Shown: positions 25,561 to 38,944, counted from the first letter of the whole stretch. The stretch is DNA of 63,667 nt, filler included, from Octopus bimaculoides (GCF_001194135.2; 6 parts of 6 records of this genome joined end to end with filler, not necessarily neighbours in it); one strand, 5' to 3'. Translations and numbers: made by a program. Notes: generated by a model from the letters alone, not told the origin.

Positions 25561-26318
25561 GATTAGTTGACCAAGTCACTGCCGATTATCGGAGCAGATG
25601 TAGCCTGGGTTTGAAGGCTGGTGGTGCTAATACTACAAATCAGTGTACACCTAAGAATAATAGTAGTTAAGAGATGCTTCCAAACTCTTCAAGACTGCAG
25701 TTTAAAATCTTACTCATGACACATTTTAGATTATATAAAGATACTTCAAGATATCATAAGCCTTACTAGACACTGATACGTTAATCAAGTTATAAACTTT
25801 TTTTTTTGAGGATGACGTCTAATGAATGGAATCACTGAGCAGGAAAAAGGGTAACCATCTCCATTTCAATATTCCCGTTGTTAAATTTATTTGTACTTAA
25901 ACACTAAAATCATGCAACGAACATTAACAATATTCTAAAGCATTAGTTTTACAGATAACATTGACAGAGGAAGAATTTATAGATTTCTTTACAGACATTG
26001 AAAGAATTTATAGATTTCTTTACAGACATATAGATGTTTTGTCTTTTATATTTAAACTGCGATAATGCATCTATACATTAAAGTGAATTCCTTCTGTGTC
26101 ATTAAATCTATTAAACGGCCATTATTATACACTGGAGTCGATGTAGTGATTGAATCCCTTCCCCCAAATTTCAGGCCTTCTGCCTATAGTAGAAGGGATC
26201 ATTATGTCCCTTAGAAATAGTTAGTTAAATTATAAAGAAACTCATAAATCACATCTTACCGCTTATTATGTCTTCTATGCTTATGCGACATTTATTGCTA
26301 TTGTTACAGCATTAGATG

Positions 26319-26687
26319 GTGGAGGCGCAATGGCCCAGTGGTTAGAGCAGCGAACTCGCGCTCATAGGATCGCGGTTTCGATTCCCAGACCGGACGTTGA
26401 GTGTTTATTGAGCGAAAACACCTAAAGCTCCACGAGGCTCCGGCAGGGGGTGGTGGCGAACAGTGCTGTACTCTTCCACCACAACTTTCTCTCATTCTTA
26501 CTTCCTGTTTCTGTTGTGCCTGTAATTCAAAGGGTCATCCTTGTCACGCTGAATATCCCCGAGAACTACGTTAAGCGTATACGTGTCTGTGGAGTGCTCA
26601 GCCACTTGCACGTTAATTTCACGAGCAGGCTGTTCTGTTGATCGGATCAACTGGAACCCTCGGTGTCGTAAACGACGGAGTGCCAAC
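26319..26687 (+). mobile_element. SINE family C, full length with 13-bp target-site duplication
   Basis: A box tggcccagtgg, B box gtttcgattccc; TSD ACAGCA(T/G)TAGATG at 26306-26318 and 26688-26700. Confidence 0.95.
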
Positions 26688-27819
26688 ACAGCAGTAGATG
26701 AATTACTCCTCCTGTTGTGAAGGCATTTCCGTCCTAGTCTATCAAACCACTGAATGCTTTCAATTTCAGTACCTCTTTGGGCATGTGATTAATTTAGCTG
26801 TTCACATATTCCGATCCTTCACATTATATTTCCTTAATTTAAACTAGTTAAATCCATTTTCTAATCAAGGATGGTTTTATAGCGATTGCCTATTTCGTTT
26901 CAGATTAATTTTACCATATCAGGAAAATAAATTTTATATATTTTCAGCTCTATCCTAATCTAGTTACTTATCTTCTTTAAACCAAACATATTTTTAAAGT
27001 TCTCCTAACGTTTTCTCTTCTGGATGACGTATGTCTGGGTCTGGTATTAACCGGATACTTCAGTAATAATCATTGTTTATATTAGAATTAATTGAAAACG
27101 TTAACGGTATCAAGGTAGCGTGTCTTAATCAGATATAGTCGTATTTCATCAGTAGTCCAATTTAATATTCAAGACAAACTTTCTTCCTTCTGGCTATTAC
27201 GATATATCAAATGTATTATAGTCTGCACTTATAAATAATTTGATTTATTTCGTTTAGACGGCACTTTTGCTGAGTAGATTTAGACGTTAGTTGAAATGTT
27301 TACCTATATATCCTAAATCTGGCTTATAGATGTGCTGAAGTGGACTGACAGATCATTCATTTATAGAAATGGAATTAAAATTCAGTAAAAGATTTCAGTG
27401 GGGAGTGTGGAGTGAAAACGTGAGTTTCTGTATAGAGGAAACTGTATTGCAGTTTCAATCTCCGACTAAAGGTAGTTGCTTTCATTTACGGTACCCAATC
27501 TCATTGATAAAGGCACCAATACAACAATTTTAAACTCCATCCCGTAGAAAATAAAAGATTACAATATATAAGACCACTTTTGGTTTGTGAAAATAATTTA
27601 CTACAAACTCTTGTAAGGTAGAAGTCAGGTCTTGGTTAGCACTCCGTCTTTGTCACATTTCTGGCTTTTGATCAAAGCTTCCTGTTCCACTTGAATTATG
27701 CACACGCACACAGACAGACAAACACACACACACACATACACACACACACACACACACACGCACACACACGCGCACACACACATACACACACGTTTATATA
27801 TATATATAAACACACACAC

Positions 27820-27865
<46 letters not shown>

Positions 27866-28615
27866 GAAACGTGAAGTGTTCCTTCGAATTTTTCTCTCGG
27901 AAAGTGTTCTATCTACTTAATATTTATAGGCTAGTGATTCTTTATAGTTTTCATCTGGTTCGAGAACCACTATTCCAAAAGAAGATATATTATATCTAGC
28001 TCTTTTGGAGCAGTATATATATGTAAGTGTAAATGAGAGTATGTGTATGTGTGTGTGTGTGTGTGTATTGAAAGCATCCCATTTTCTTATTTGCATATAA
28101 AGAACCAGGTATCGATACAGCTTTTATAAAAATTGTAATTATATAAGCTGTTAAAGTCGCTGAGTAACAATGAATATTACTATGTCCTAATTACCAAAAA
28201 TAGAGAGTTATGAGCCCGTAGTGAGCTGAATGTTTAGAGTATATGTAAATGGATACTATATTCTTTTGTCACAAAATATCTGTCACGTGATTTTATTGCA
28301 CATTAAAAACTTGTTTCCATATTAATATATTCCAGTAAACATATTCATGCAATATACATAGATAGTTACATATATACACAAACATACATTCATCTAGACA
28401 AATACAAAACACGCATATACATTCATCTAGACAGATACAAAACACAAGCACAAACATACTTATTTATATGCATATGGTTTTGTGTACGGATATATTGGTA
28501 GATATAAATGAATGCATAAATAAAAGCACCTGTTTATATGTACATGCATTACTTATTACAAACATTCTTGTGTACATACTCATTTATGTTGGTATATAGT
28601 AAGTTTTTATATACA

Positions 28616-28837
28616 TACGAGGGAGTGCTGGAAAGTTCCTGGCTTTAAGGGTTTCGTGAAAGGCCTGGTTGGAGGCCCAAACTTCTGAGTGCTTTTACAA
28701 TGCTTCGAAAAAACTGAAGGACAGCTGCGTTAAGTGTTTGAATCTGAGAGAGGAATATGTTAGATAAAATCATAATTAGCTAATCCTCCTGTATGTTTTT
28801 TTAATCAAAGCCAGGAGCCTTTCAGCACCTCCTCGTA
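28616..28837 (+). mobile_element. Mariner-derived MITE (~220 bp)
   Basis: TA|CGAGGGAGTGCTGGAAAGTTCCTGGCTTT ... AAAGCCAGGAGCCTTTCAGCACCTCCTCG|TA; retains transposase C-terminus KLKDSCVKCLNLREEYVR*. Confidence 0.9.
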
Positions 28838-30135
28838 CATCATCATCATCGTCATGAAAACTTGCCTTCTCGAAAGAAATTCATTATGAGGATTACCCAC
28901 GTTGACTGCCAGTTTGCATGTAATTGACTACATCGATACAGGATAAACAGCCTCGGCTGCAACGACTACAAAGAGATGGTTTGTTCACGGTCGTATGTCT
29001 CAGTTTGAATAATATTTTTTAACACAACAGCTGCCCAACGTGCAGCTTCAAATGAGTAAAAAGTCAAGACTATACGGTAGACCAATGCCGGTGGTAATAT
29101 GCCAGATTCCACTGTGTTTCTCAAAAATGCATCGTATAATTTCTTTTACGCTCCTTTCATATGATGGCCAGAGACAAATTTGTCACTGACTTGTTTTTGG
29201 TGGGCGATGGTAATTCATCCTGGGAAAGTGTCTTGTCCCGTGCAGCTGTGACCTGAGATGCATGATCTCGACCCTGTTGACTTGTCTGCTTGAGGACTTC
29301 AGTGTTACTTCAATTGATGTGAAAGATACAGCAGAGGTAACGCAGATGGAAAGGCTCAAGAAGTCTTGGATTGCAAGGGCAGGTTACCATGATTAGGAGC
29401 CGTGCGTATGGGTGATCAGTACAACTATTCTGTACACGTTCTTTTCTGTTTCGTTTTTCAGAATGCTTACTGCTCCAGAAATTTTTGTTGAAGACACTGT
29501 TTCCTTGTGCGCATCTGTTCTCTGACACTTTATCAATTTTGGTATCTTATAAGATGGGGTACTCCTGGTAACTGAACTGGTGGACTGTTTCGCAAAGATA
29601 ATGCAAAGCCGGTGGCAGCCTTCCTAAACTCTGGGTTGGTCGAGAACCTCGTATTCTTCAAACTGATTGCTAGTTCAAAAAGTTAGCGTATGCAAATGTA
29701 GGTATAATACTACAGGAATAACACTGAATGATCAATAAATGTAGCATCGGCGGAAAAAGTAGGCCTTGGATGTGTTGCAGCAGTGCCTTAGTGTGCACCT
29801 ATAGTCACTTCAGACCGAATAAATTACTATCAGACAAACTGAGTCAACGCAGAATTCTCTGAGCCTTAGGAGCCAATGGTAATGGAAACGATAAAAAGAC
29901 TATGCGTGAGGAGTCAATCCTTCGCCGTTTTGTATTTGTAAGATGTTTGAATTTTGGTTGTTGTTTCTGATCGGCATTTCTGAACCTAATGTAACTGGTG
30001 GACAATGTCGTCTCCAGTGGAAACAATTCAGATGCTTCATAATTTTCCACAGACCCGTCCTTATCACATAGTAAAATACTTTCTTCAGATCTATATGCAC
30101 TCCCTTGTCTTGTTCTCAACATTTTCCTTGACTGA
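28838..30135 (-). mobile_element. RTE-clade LINE 3' fragment, heavily decayed, (GAT)n tail
   Basis: HIDLKKVFYYVIRTGLWKIM (cf. FIDLxKAFDxVxRxGLWxIM), KNVYRIVVL...HGS*SW, LEPFHLRYL, C-terminal CSRCSR; (cat)n on plus at 28838-28853. Confidence 0.75.
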
Positions 30136-30805
30136 GAATAAAAAAAAAGACGTAGTTGGTGCTTCTGTTTAGTCTAAACTCACATTGACTCTCTAGAATG
30201 TGTTCAGCAATCACACTTACATGTCATAAATATATACAGAAATACATAAGTATGTATGTATGTATGTATGTATGTATGTATGTATGTATGTAGGTATGTA
30301 TGTATGTATGTATAAATGTATGTATGAATGTATGTATGAATGTATATATGTATGTACGTACGTATGTGTGTGTATGTGTGTGTATAGATATACATATATG
30401 GAAAGAGACGCAGACATCCACATCCACATCCACACACGCACACACACATACACACATATATGTATGTAGACATGCAGATATGCAGATAATTATACGGATA
30501 TATATATATATATATATATATATNNNNNNNNNNNNNNNNNNNNNNNNNNNNNNNNNNNNNNNNNNNNNNNNNNNNNNNNNNNNNNNNNNNNNNNNNNNNN
30601 NNNNNNNNNNNNNNNNNNNNNNNNNNNNNNNNNNNNNNNNNNNNNNNNNNNNNNNNNNNNNNNNNNNNNNNNNNNNNNNNNNNNNNNNNNNNNNNNNNNN
30701 NNNNNNNNNNNNNNNNNNNNNNNNNNNNNNNNNNNNNNNNNNNNNNNNNNNNNNNNNNNNNNNNNNNNNNNNNNNNNNNNNNNNNNNNNNNNNNNNNNNN
30801 NNNNN

Positions 30806-30864
<59 letters not shown>

Positions 30865-31685
30865 GTCTTTCAACATCGTAGCCAACGAAGAGCAGGAGCT
30901 TATTGAAAAGGACTTCACTGATAAAAGTAGTAATCATTATTTTCATGTCTCTAATTTACTATTTGTGTACGAGTTTTGTGTCTAAATCGATGTAGACTGT
31001 CACCGATCACAGCTGAATTCAATGAAAAACTAATCACTGATTTGATGAATATTAGCTACATCCTGTCTCGATCGGTTCGTGTGTATGCGTGGTGTGCCTG
31101 TGAGTGTGTCTGCTTGTGAACATGTATAGCGTGTGTGTTTGAATGCGTAAGTGTGTCTATGTATCTCAGTGCTTGTAGTATATTCTCGTTGAATTGAATG
31201 GGGAAAATGCCAAAACGCCTTGAAGCGATATAATTACACCTCTAACACAGACAATCCTTAGTGGAACAAACGTTATGAAGGGGTAGAGAGATAGATGCAT
31301 TTAATACAAAGATATATACGTTATCATTGGTGGAGAGATAGATACGTTTCGAGGCGAACATTGAAATGAGTTTGCAATCATTGAAAATGGACAATATTTA
31401 ATAACAAACGAGAAGCAAAAGGAATATGAGAAAAATAATTCTAAAAAAAATAAATATAATAAAATAATGTAAAATAAGTACAACAATATATACAATGACG
31501 ACACCGACAAAATCAAACATAATATACATCTTTGTACGGAAAAGAAATTAATATTTTTCAACAGTCACTCTTGCTACTATTAATTTCTATTGGAGTTGGT
31601 GTCCAGTTTGAAAGAAGTGATAAGTTATCTGTGAAAATAGCCAGTGATACGATATCGATTTTTGGTCGAATATTTTTGGTAGTAT

Positions 31686-31910
31686 GAGCGGGGCAAGTTG
31701 GCAGAAGAAATTTTTTAGAGAGTCGGGGAAATGCTTCGCACTAATTCCTCTGGTTCCTTACCTTCTGGGTTCAAAACTCGTAAAGAGCATTTTTGCCTTT
31801 CATCTTTCCGCGGTCGATAAAGTAGGATAACTGTCAAGTAGTTGAGTTGATGCTATCAACATTTCCTTTTCCTTAAAACTGCTGATTTTGTGCCTTAATC
31901 AGAAACCATT
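31686..31910 (+). mobile_element. SINE family A, decayed
   Basis: ggcaagttggcagaa head, ttttgcctttcatctttccgcggtcgataaa core. Confidence 0.7.
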
Positions 31911-33099
31911 TACTTAGCTTTTGAGAAAATGAGAGTTGGAAGAATTATTATAGTGCTGTGTCGTACACTTCGCGTTCTTTTGTCATGACCATGTGCTCTC
32001 TGGGTTGATTAACTTTGTTTTCCATCCCTTCACAATCGATAAAAAACAGAACTAATCCTAGGATTGATTGGCGTAATTGGTAGACGATCGGGCAAGACAC
32101 CTTGAGATGTCTCTCCGGGCTCTCTGAGTTCTCAATGCAACGTCTGTGGCAACACTAGTACCAAGCATTATCGAAAATTAGATGATATAACTTGACACCG
32201 GCGGTGGTGCCGTGAGAGGAGAATTGCTCTCATGGGTAACCGCTCCTCCTATAGGCCCATGCATAAACATGCAGATAATCGGTTAACTCGGCTGGTTTAT
32301 GGTGGCTGAATGGCCGAATTAAATGGACTTCCTATAGCATACACCTGATATTGAGTAGTCTTTCTTCCGCATTAGTACCAACAAGCTTGTACAGCGCTAT
32401 ACAGATCCATTATAATATATGAACATTTTAGGCTGTGATATGAACACAGATGGATTTTTTAAATATTGCCAAAGTGACTAACAAATTCAGTGCCTCACTG
32501 TCATGCCTTCTATACACTTAATAACTTTAGGTAGTCTCACACAATTTTATGTTGCCAGTTCTGGTCAAAAGTTGTGATAAAATTAGAAAACGCAGTTGTA
32601 AAATTATGAAAAAGGGTAAATTCGTAAATTTTAATTCCATGAACAGCGGCGTACTTTGTATAAAGTCAATGAAAAATTAGTAATAAGATAATAGGCCAAC
32701 GTGTCTATACATCTTGGATGAGCATGAATGCTAGGATTTTCCTTGATACATTTGTTACCTTCCATTTAATGCCATGTGCGCATTCTTCTGTCTTCTTTCA
32801 CGGAGCAATTAACAGTAACAGAGTTTCGTATCTGCAGGCCTAACCAGGATCACTATCTGTATGCTGCACCATAATTTGCCTAGTCTTAGTGGACATATTC
32901 TTGAGAAATTCAGATGTAAGTGTTACAAATACTTCTCTGTCAATGCTTTCTATTCCCCCGATAATCGTATGAGGGATGCAGCACGAGAACGGTTGCGCGA
33001 GGAACAAGCGAGAGGAAATAGGAAATCAAAATCGTGCGAGGATGCGACAGAAGAAGAAACTAAATAAGCCAAGAGGATAGGGAGCGTATTCTACGGGAT

Positions 33100-33470
33100 T
33101 TTTGTTGTTGGCACTCCGTCGCTTAAGACGTCGAGGGTTCCAGTTGATCCGATCAACGGAACAGCCTGCTCGTGAAATTAACGTGCAAGTGGCTGAGCAC
33201 TCCACAGACAAGTGTACCCTTAACGTAGTTCTCGGGGATATTCAGCGTGACACAGTGTGACAAGGCTGATCCTTTGAATTACAGGCACAACAGAAACAGG
33301 AAGTAAGAGTAAGAGAAATTGTGGTGAAAGAGTACAGCAGAGTNNNNNNNNNNNGGAGCTTTAGGTGTTTTCGCTCAGTAAACACTCACAAGGCTCAGTC
33401 TGGGAATCGAAACAGCGATCCTATGACCGTGATCCCGCTGCCCTAACCACTGAACCATTGCGCCTCCACC
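33100..33470 (-). mobile_element. SINE family C, full length with 10-bp target-site duplication
   Basis: Reverse complement of the 26319 copy; TSD TCTACGG(G/C)AT at 33090-33099 and 33471-33480; contains an 11-N gap. Confidence 0.92.
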
Positions 33471-33713
33471 TCTACGGCATAGGAGGGAAAGAAATCAGCA
33501 AAGGGTACATCAAATGAGCCAGGACCAGAGAGAAGAGTATTTTAAAAATAAGAGATAGAGATCAACAGAATCGAGAACACATAAGTCAAGAGTAAAGGCA
33601 GCTGTACTTCGAAAATATGAGAAACAGAGCTGGATCTCTCTCAGCATACCAGCAAACCACAAAATCACACCAGCCACCATCACCAACACCTCTAAACCCG
33701 ACATATATATATA

Positions 33714-33920
33714 CTCTTTACTCTTTTACTTGTTTCAGTAATTTGACTGTGGCCATGCTGGGGCACCGCCTTTTAGTCGAGCAGATCGACCCCAGGACTT
33801 ATTATTTGGAAGCCTAGTACTTATTCTATCGGTCTCTTTTGCCGAACCGCTAAGTTACGGGGACGTAAACACACCATCATCGGTTATCAAGCGATGTTGG
33901 GGGGACAAACACAGACACAC
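33714..33920 (-). mobile_element. SINE family B 3' half
   Basis: Reverse complement of 59400-59607. Confidence 0.9.
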
Positions 33921-34539
33921 AAACATTCACACATATATATATATATACATATATACGANNNNNNNNNNNNNNNNNNNNNNNNNNNNNNNNNNNNNNNNNN
34001 NNNNNNNNNNNNNNNNNNNNNNNNNNNNNNNNNNNNNNNNNNNNNNNNNNNNNNNNNNNNNNNNNNNNNNNNNNNNNNNNNNNNNNNNNNNNNNNNNNNN
34101 NNNNNNNNNNNNNNNNNNNNNNNNNNNNNNNNNNNNNNNNNNNNNNNNNNNNNNNNNNNNNNNNNNNNNNNNNNNNNNNNNNNNNNNNNNNNNNNNNNNN
34201 NNNNNNNNNNNNNNNNNNNNNNNNNNNNNNNNNNNNNNNNNNNNNNNNNNNNNNNNNNNNNNNNNNNNNNNNNNNNNNNNNNNNNNNNNNNNNNNNNNNN
34301 NNNNNNNNNNNNNNNNNNNNNNNNNNNNNNNNNNNNNNNNNNNNNNNNNNNNNNNNNNNNNNNNNNNNNNNNNNNNNNNNNNNNNNNNNNNNNNNNNNNN
34401 NNNNNNNNNNNNNNNNNNNNNNNNNNNNNNNNNNNNNNNNNNNNNNNNNNNNNNNNNNNNNNNNNNNNNNNNNNNNNNNNNNNNNNNNNNNNNNNNNNNN
34501 NNNNNNNNNNNNNNNNATATATATATATATATATATACA

Positions 34540-34575
<36 letters not shown>

Positions 34576-34599
34576 TGTATATATATATTTATGAGTGTT

Positions 34600-34797
34600 T
34601 GTGTCTGTTTGGCACACCTCACATTACTTTTCAACCAATGTTGGCGTGTTTGCGTCCCTATAACTTAGCTGTTCAGCAGAAGGGACTGATAGAATAAGCA
34701 CCAGGCTTACAGGGAATAAGTTCAGGAGTCAATTTCTTCGACTAAAGTGTGGTGTTCCACTGTCAAATTACTGAAACAAGTAAAAGAATAAAAGAAT
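34600..34797 (+). mobile_element. SINE family B 3' half, diverged
   Basis: Ends in ctgaaacaagtaaaagaataaaag. Confidence 0.8.
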
Positions 34798-34965
34798 TCC
34801 GTACCTCTAAACCAAGAGGGTTCTTTGAATATGTACAATGTAACTTAAGGCTAAATAGTAATTCCGTTTACGCTTGCGTAACTGAGATATTTTGATTGAA
34901 TTATATAGTTATCGGTTTTGTACCGATAACTATATTCTGTAACTGTCACAATACACTTTTCTACT

Positions 34966-35173
34966 ATAGGCACAAGTTCTGAAATTTTGTGGGGGAAGGG
35001 GGCCAGTCGATTAGATCTACCCCAGTACGCACATGGTACTTAATTTATCGTCCCTGAAAAGATAAAAAGCAAGGTCGACCTCGGCAGAATTTGAAATCAG
35101 AACGTAAAGACAGACGAAATACTGTTATGCATTAAGCCCGGCATGATAACGACTCTGCCAGCTCGCTGCCTTT
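34966..35173 (-). mobile_element. SINE family A
   Basis: ggcacaag tail, gcaaggtcgacctcggcagaatttgaa core and head. Confidence 0.85.
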
Positions 35174-35223
35174 AACTGTCATAATATAGAAAGATTTCTC
35201 ATGGCATTTTTCACGGGTCCAGC

Positions 35224-35290
<67 letters not shown>

Positions 35291-35390
35291 NNNNNNNNNN
35301 NNNNNNNNNNNNNNNNNNNNNNNNNNNNNNNNNNTTAATTAATTAANNNNNNNNNNNNNNNNNNNNNNNNNNNNNNNNNNNNNNNNNNNN

Positions 35391-35719
35391 GTAAAGACTT
35401 TTCTGTTTGTTTTCCTGTCTTGTTTTGTGTCCGCCACAACATTCCTCCATGTCAAGATTTAATTTGTGTATACAAATTTAATTTGCGGTCCATGGGAAGA
35501 GCTGTTTTAACGATGCGTCCTGCCCAGCTCTTCGAAACGCCGGTGTTAAAACGGGGGTAGCTGATGAAGTAGAATGTTCTCTATGTGGCTTGTGTGTTTT
35601 CTTGTCTACGTTTTGTTTGCAATGTCCTGTACCCAGATATGCACCTATACATACAGGTGGATGTCAGTATGCACATACCTGTACGTATATATGCATATAC
35701 TCATTTACTATTTGTTTTT
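35391..35719 (+). repeat. Dispersed ~330-bp repeat, copy 2
   Basis: Matches 6134-6460; 5' end lost in a gap. Confidence 0.9.
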
Positions 35720-35742
35720 ATATATATATATATATATATATA

Positions 35743-36054
35743 AACAGTGGTGGATTGACCAGGTTCCCAGCTTGCCTAATGGTAAGTGGGTCCCTGCGCC
35801 ATTATAATCCATATATCAGGGTTCATGTTAATAGTTATAGGGCCCATCCTCTCAAGTTTGAGAATTTTTTATTCACTCCTGGAATAATGAATTATTTCAG
35901 CCTGGCTGTGTTTGTAGACAGCTGAAAAGAATACTTTTAACAAAAAAAAAATTAAATGATAGCATTGTAGTTGTGGGTGGGCCCCCTTGTCCTTGCAGGT
36001 GGACCCACTTAGTCTCCTGGCAACCAATATTTCTAGATCCAGTCTGCCACTGTT
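35743..36054. mobile_element. MITE-like element (312 bp) inserted in a (TA)n run
   Basis: Imperfect TIRs AACAGTGGTGGATTG / CAGTCTGCCACTGTT with (TA)n on both sides. Confidence 0.7.
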
Positions 36055-36084
36055 TATATATATATGTGTGTGTGTGTGTGTGCA

Positions 36085-36135
<51 letters not shown>

Positions 36136-36835
36136 GCATGCATCAATTAATGTCTGTCTGCTTACCTGCCTGCCAGTGTCTGTTTGTCTCACTGTCTGTG
36201 TCCTTCTCTCACTTTCCCTCTTTATACACACAAACACAGACACAAACACACACACACACGCACACACACACACACAGACATACACACGTATTTACTTTCA
36301 TTAATGTGTAGGAGCATTGATATATCTCTGATGGAGAACAGGTATGCAACGAGACCTTGTGCGAGCGAGAGACCTCAAATTCTTGTTAGAACATTTCTCC
36401 AAGAGACCGATACTCTGTTTCAAAACCTAAAGCCGGTTCCGCTTGTGGACGTTACAACCTGTGCTATTCCGCCAAAATATTAGAGCAATTCAGTACAGTG
36501 AGATGTAGATGAGATTATGTTCAAAGAACAGTTAAATGAATTTTAATCTAACATCAGATGAATCTATGTTGCTGCAAGAGGCACAACAAATGACAGCTTT
36601 GTCCAACTTTCTGCTTCACTGGGATTGCTTCCAGAGAAAGAGACATTTATGCTAAACAAGCAATTTTTGCTAATGTTAATGCCCCAACATGACTACAACC
36701 TCTGGCTGAAACCAATGAAAGAATGAATAAATACATACATACACATGCATACACACATGCATACACACATGCATACACACATACATACACACATGCATAT
36801 ATACATATACATACATACATACATACAAACATACA

Positions 36836-36867
<32 letters not shown>

Positions 36868-36869
<2 letters not shown>

Positions 36870-37835
36870 GGGTTGGCAACTAAGTTACCGCCGTTTTTTT
36901 TAAATTTTGGAATCTATTTTTTTTCAAGAATTCTATTTTTGAATCATTTTGGAATCTATTTTTTTCTTTTTTCTAGTTAATTTTAGTTATTTTTTGTTTA
37001 TTTTCAGATCATTAAAATGGAATGTCAAGTTAAGAAAAAAAGAGTAATTTCGACACCCTCTTCTTTTTGCTTTTAATTAAGGTTCTAAGGCNNNNNNNNN
37101 NNNNNNNNNNNNNNNNNNNNNNNNNNNNNNNNNNNNNNNNNNNNNNNNNNNNNNNNNNNNNNNNNNNNNNNNNNNNNNNNNNNNNNNNNNNNNNNNNNNN
37201 NNNNNNNNNNNNNNNNNNNNNNNNNNNNNNNNNNNNNNNNNNNNNNNNNNNNNNNNCACACCTCATTCTGGCCGTTCAGTTGAGTTCGATGAAGAGCGAT
37301 TAAACCAATTTTTGCATGAAAATTCTCGTCAAACGACAAGGGAACTGGCAGAGAAAATGGAATGCTCCCACACTGCTATAGAGAAGCATCTTCACTCAAC
37401 GGGAAAGGTTCAGAAGTATGGAGCATGGGTTCCGCATACTTTAAGTGACAACAACAAAAATCATCGAGCCACAATCTCCGCTGCTTTGCTTGCTCGTCAC
37501 CGCTCAACTCATGGACACAAGCAATGATTTCTTTACCGAATTGTTACTGGTGGCAAAAAATGATGCCTGTACATCAATATGAAGCAGCATAAGGAATGGC
37601 TTAGCCCCGGTAAACAAGCGACACTGCTATGCGTGGAGTTTCGTTCAATACTTATGCAGAATTGAGAGGCTGGTTGGATCAATTTTTGGAGTCAAAATCG
37701 AGGTATTGAAAATCTTGTTGAATGTTGGGAAGAAGTTGTAAACAACAAGGGTGATTAACTAGGTGTTATTTTTTATTAGACCTTTTAGAAAATTTGAATT
37801 AAAAAAAACGGTGGGAACTTAGTTGCCAACCAATA
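36868..37835 (+). mobile_element. Mariner transposon, internally deleted
   Basis: ~30-bp TIRs (gttggcaactaagttaccgccgtttttt / aaaaaacggtgggaacttagttgccaac); MECQV, TTRELAEKMECSHTAI, WVPHTL, RIVTGGKK*. Confidence 0.92.
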
Positions 37836-38295
37836 CATATGTATATTCATGTATAAATATATGTGTGTATATATACATACATAAATATACGTGTATGAAT
37901 GTATGTATGTATGTATGTATGTATGTATGTATGTTTGTATGTATGTATGTATTCATTATGTGCAGCAGAAGTAGCATTAGTTTAAAATTGCAATCTGTGT
38001 AACATATTTAATGCATATACATCACAGAAAGTGAAATTAACAGCCCAAAATAACATTTCCTATTGATGTATACTGTTTACTCAAAAATATATCATAAGTG
38101 GCCAAAAATCCTCCAAAAGTGATGACATGAATTTTAAATGCAAATTTCTGCCTCTTTGGACTTCATCAGTAGCAAGTACCTGTGGGCAACTGCATGCTAA
38201 AGCATAATCCTTTCTCATTGTTTTCCTGTATCAGTGATAGCAAATTTTGTCTGCAATCCACTAGGTAATCTGAACATCATTGATAAAGTTGGGTT

Positions 38296-38568
38296 CAGTT
38301 CTATACTTAAGAGATGAAGAATTATGTACGTTATTTACATAATTTACTTTTGATGGATACTTGCCCTCATCTAGTTTGCTGTTAACACAACGTTTCGGCT
38401 GATATACCCTCCAGCCTTCATCAGGTGTCTTGGGGAAATTCCGAACCTGGGTTCTCATCCTAAGGTATTTTTCGATGTTATTATTATTATTATTCTGGTC
38501 ACTGCCTGGAATCGAACTTGGAATCTTGGGGTTAGTAGCCTGTGCTCTTAACCACTATGCCATATGCC
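38296..38568 (-). mobile_element. SINE family D, full length: tRNA head, (AAT)n, hammerhead tail
   Basis: A box TGGCATAGTGG (38562-38552), B box AGTTCGATTCC (38518-38508); hammerhead at 38429-38384. The 3' end position is partly from memory of the family. Confidence 0.9.
38384..38429 (-). ncRNA. Minimal type I hammerhead ribozyme
   Basis: GACAC-CUGAUGA-A-GGCUG(gaggguauau)CAGCC-GAAAC-GUU^GUGUU: 5-bp stem I, 5-bp stem II, palindromic AC/GU stem III. Confidence 0.8.
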
Positions 38569-38569
38569 A

Positions 38570-38944
<375 letters not shown>

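Noticed and set aside
25971-26029. 28-bp direct repeat with period 31 (similar small duplications at about 28380-28445 and 55065-55098)
   Set aside because: Ordinary slippage duplications.
38125-38175. Minus-strand CUGAUGA-A-GUCC...GGCA-GAAA
   Set aside because: Stem II is imperfect and stem I cannot pair.
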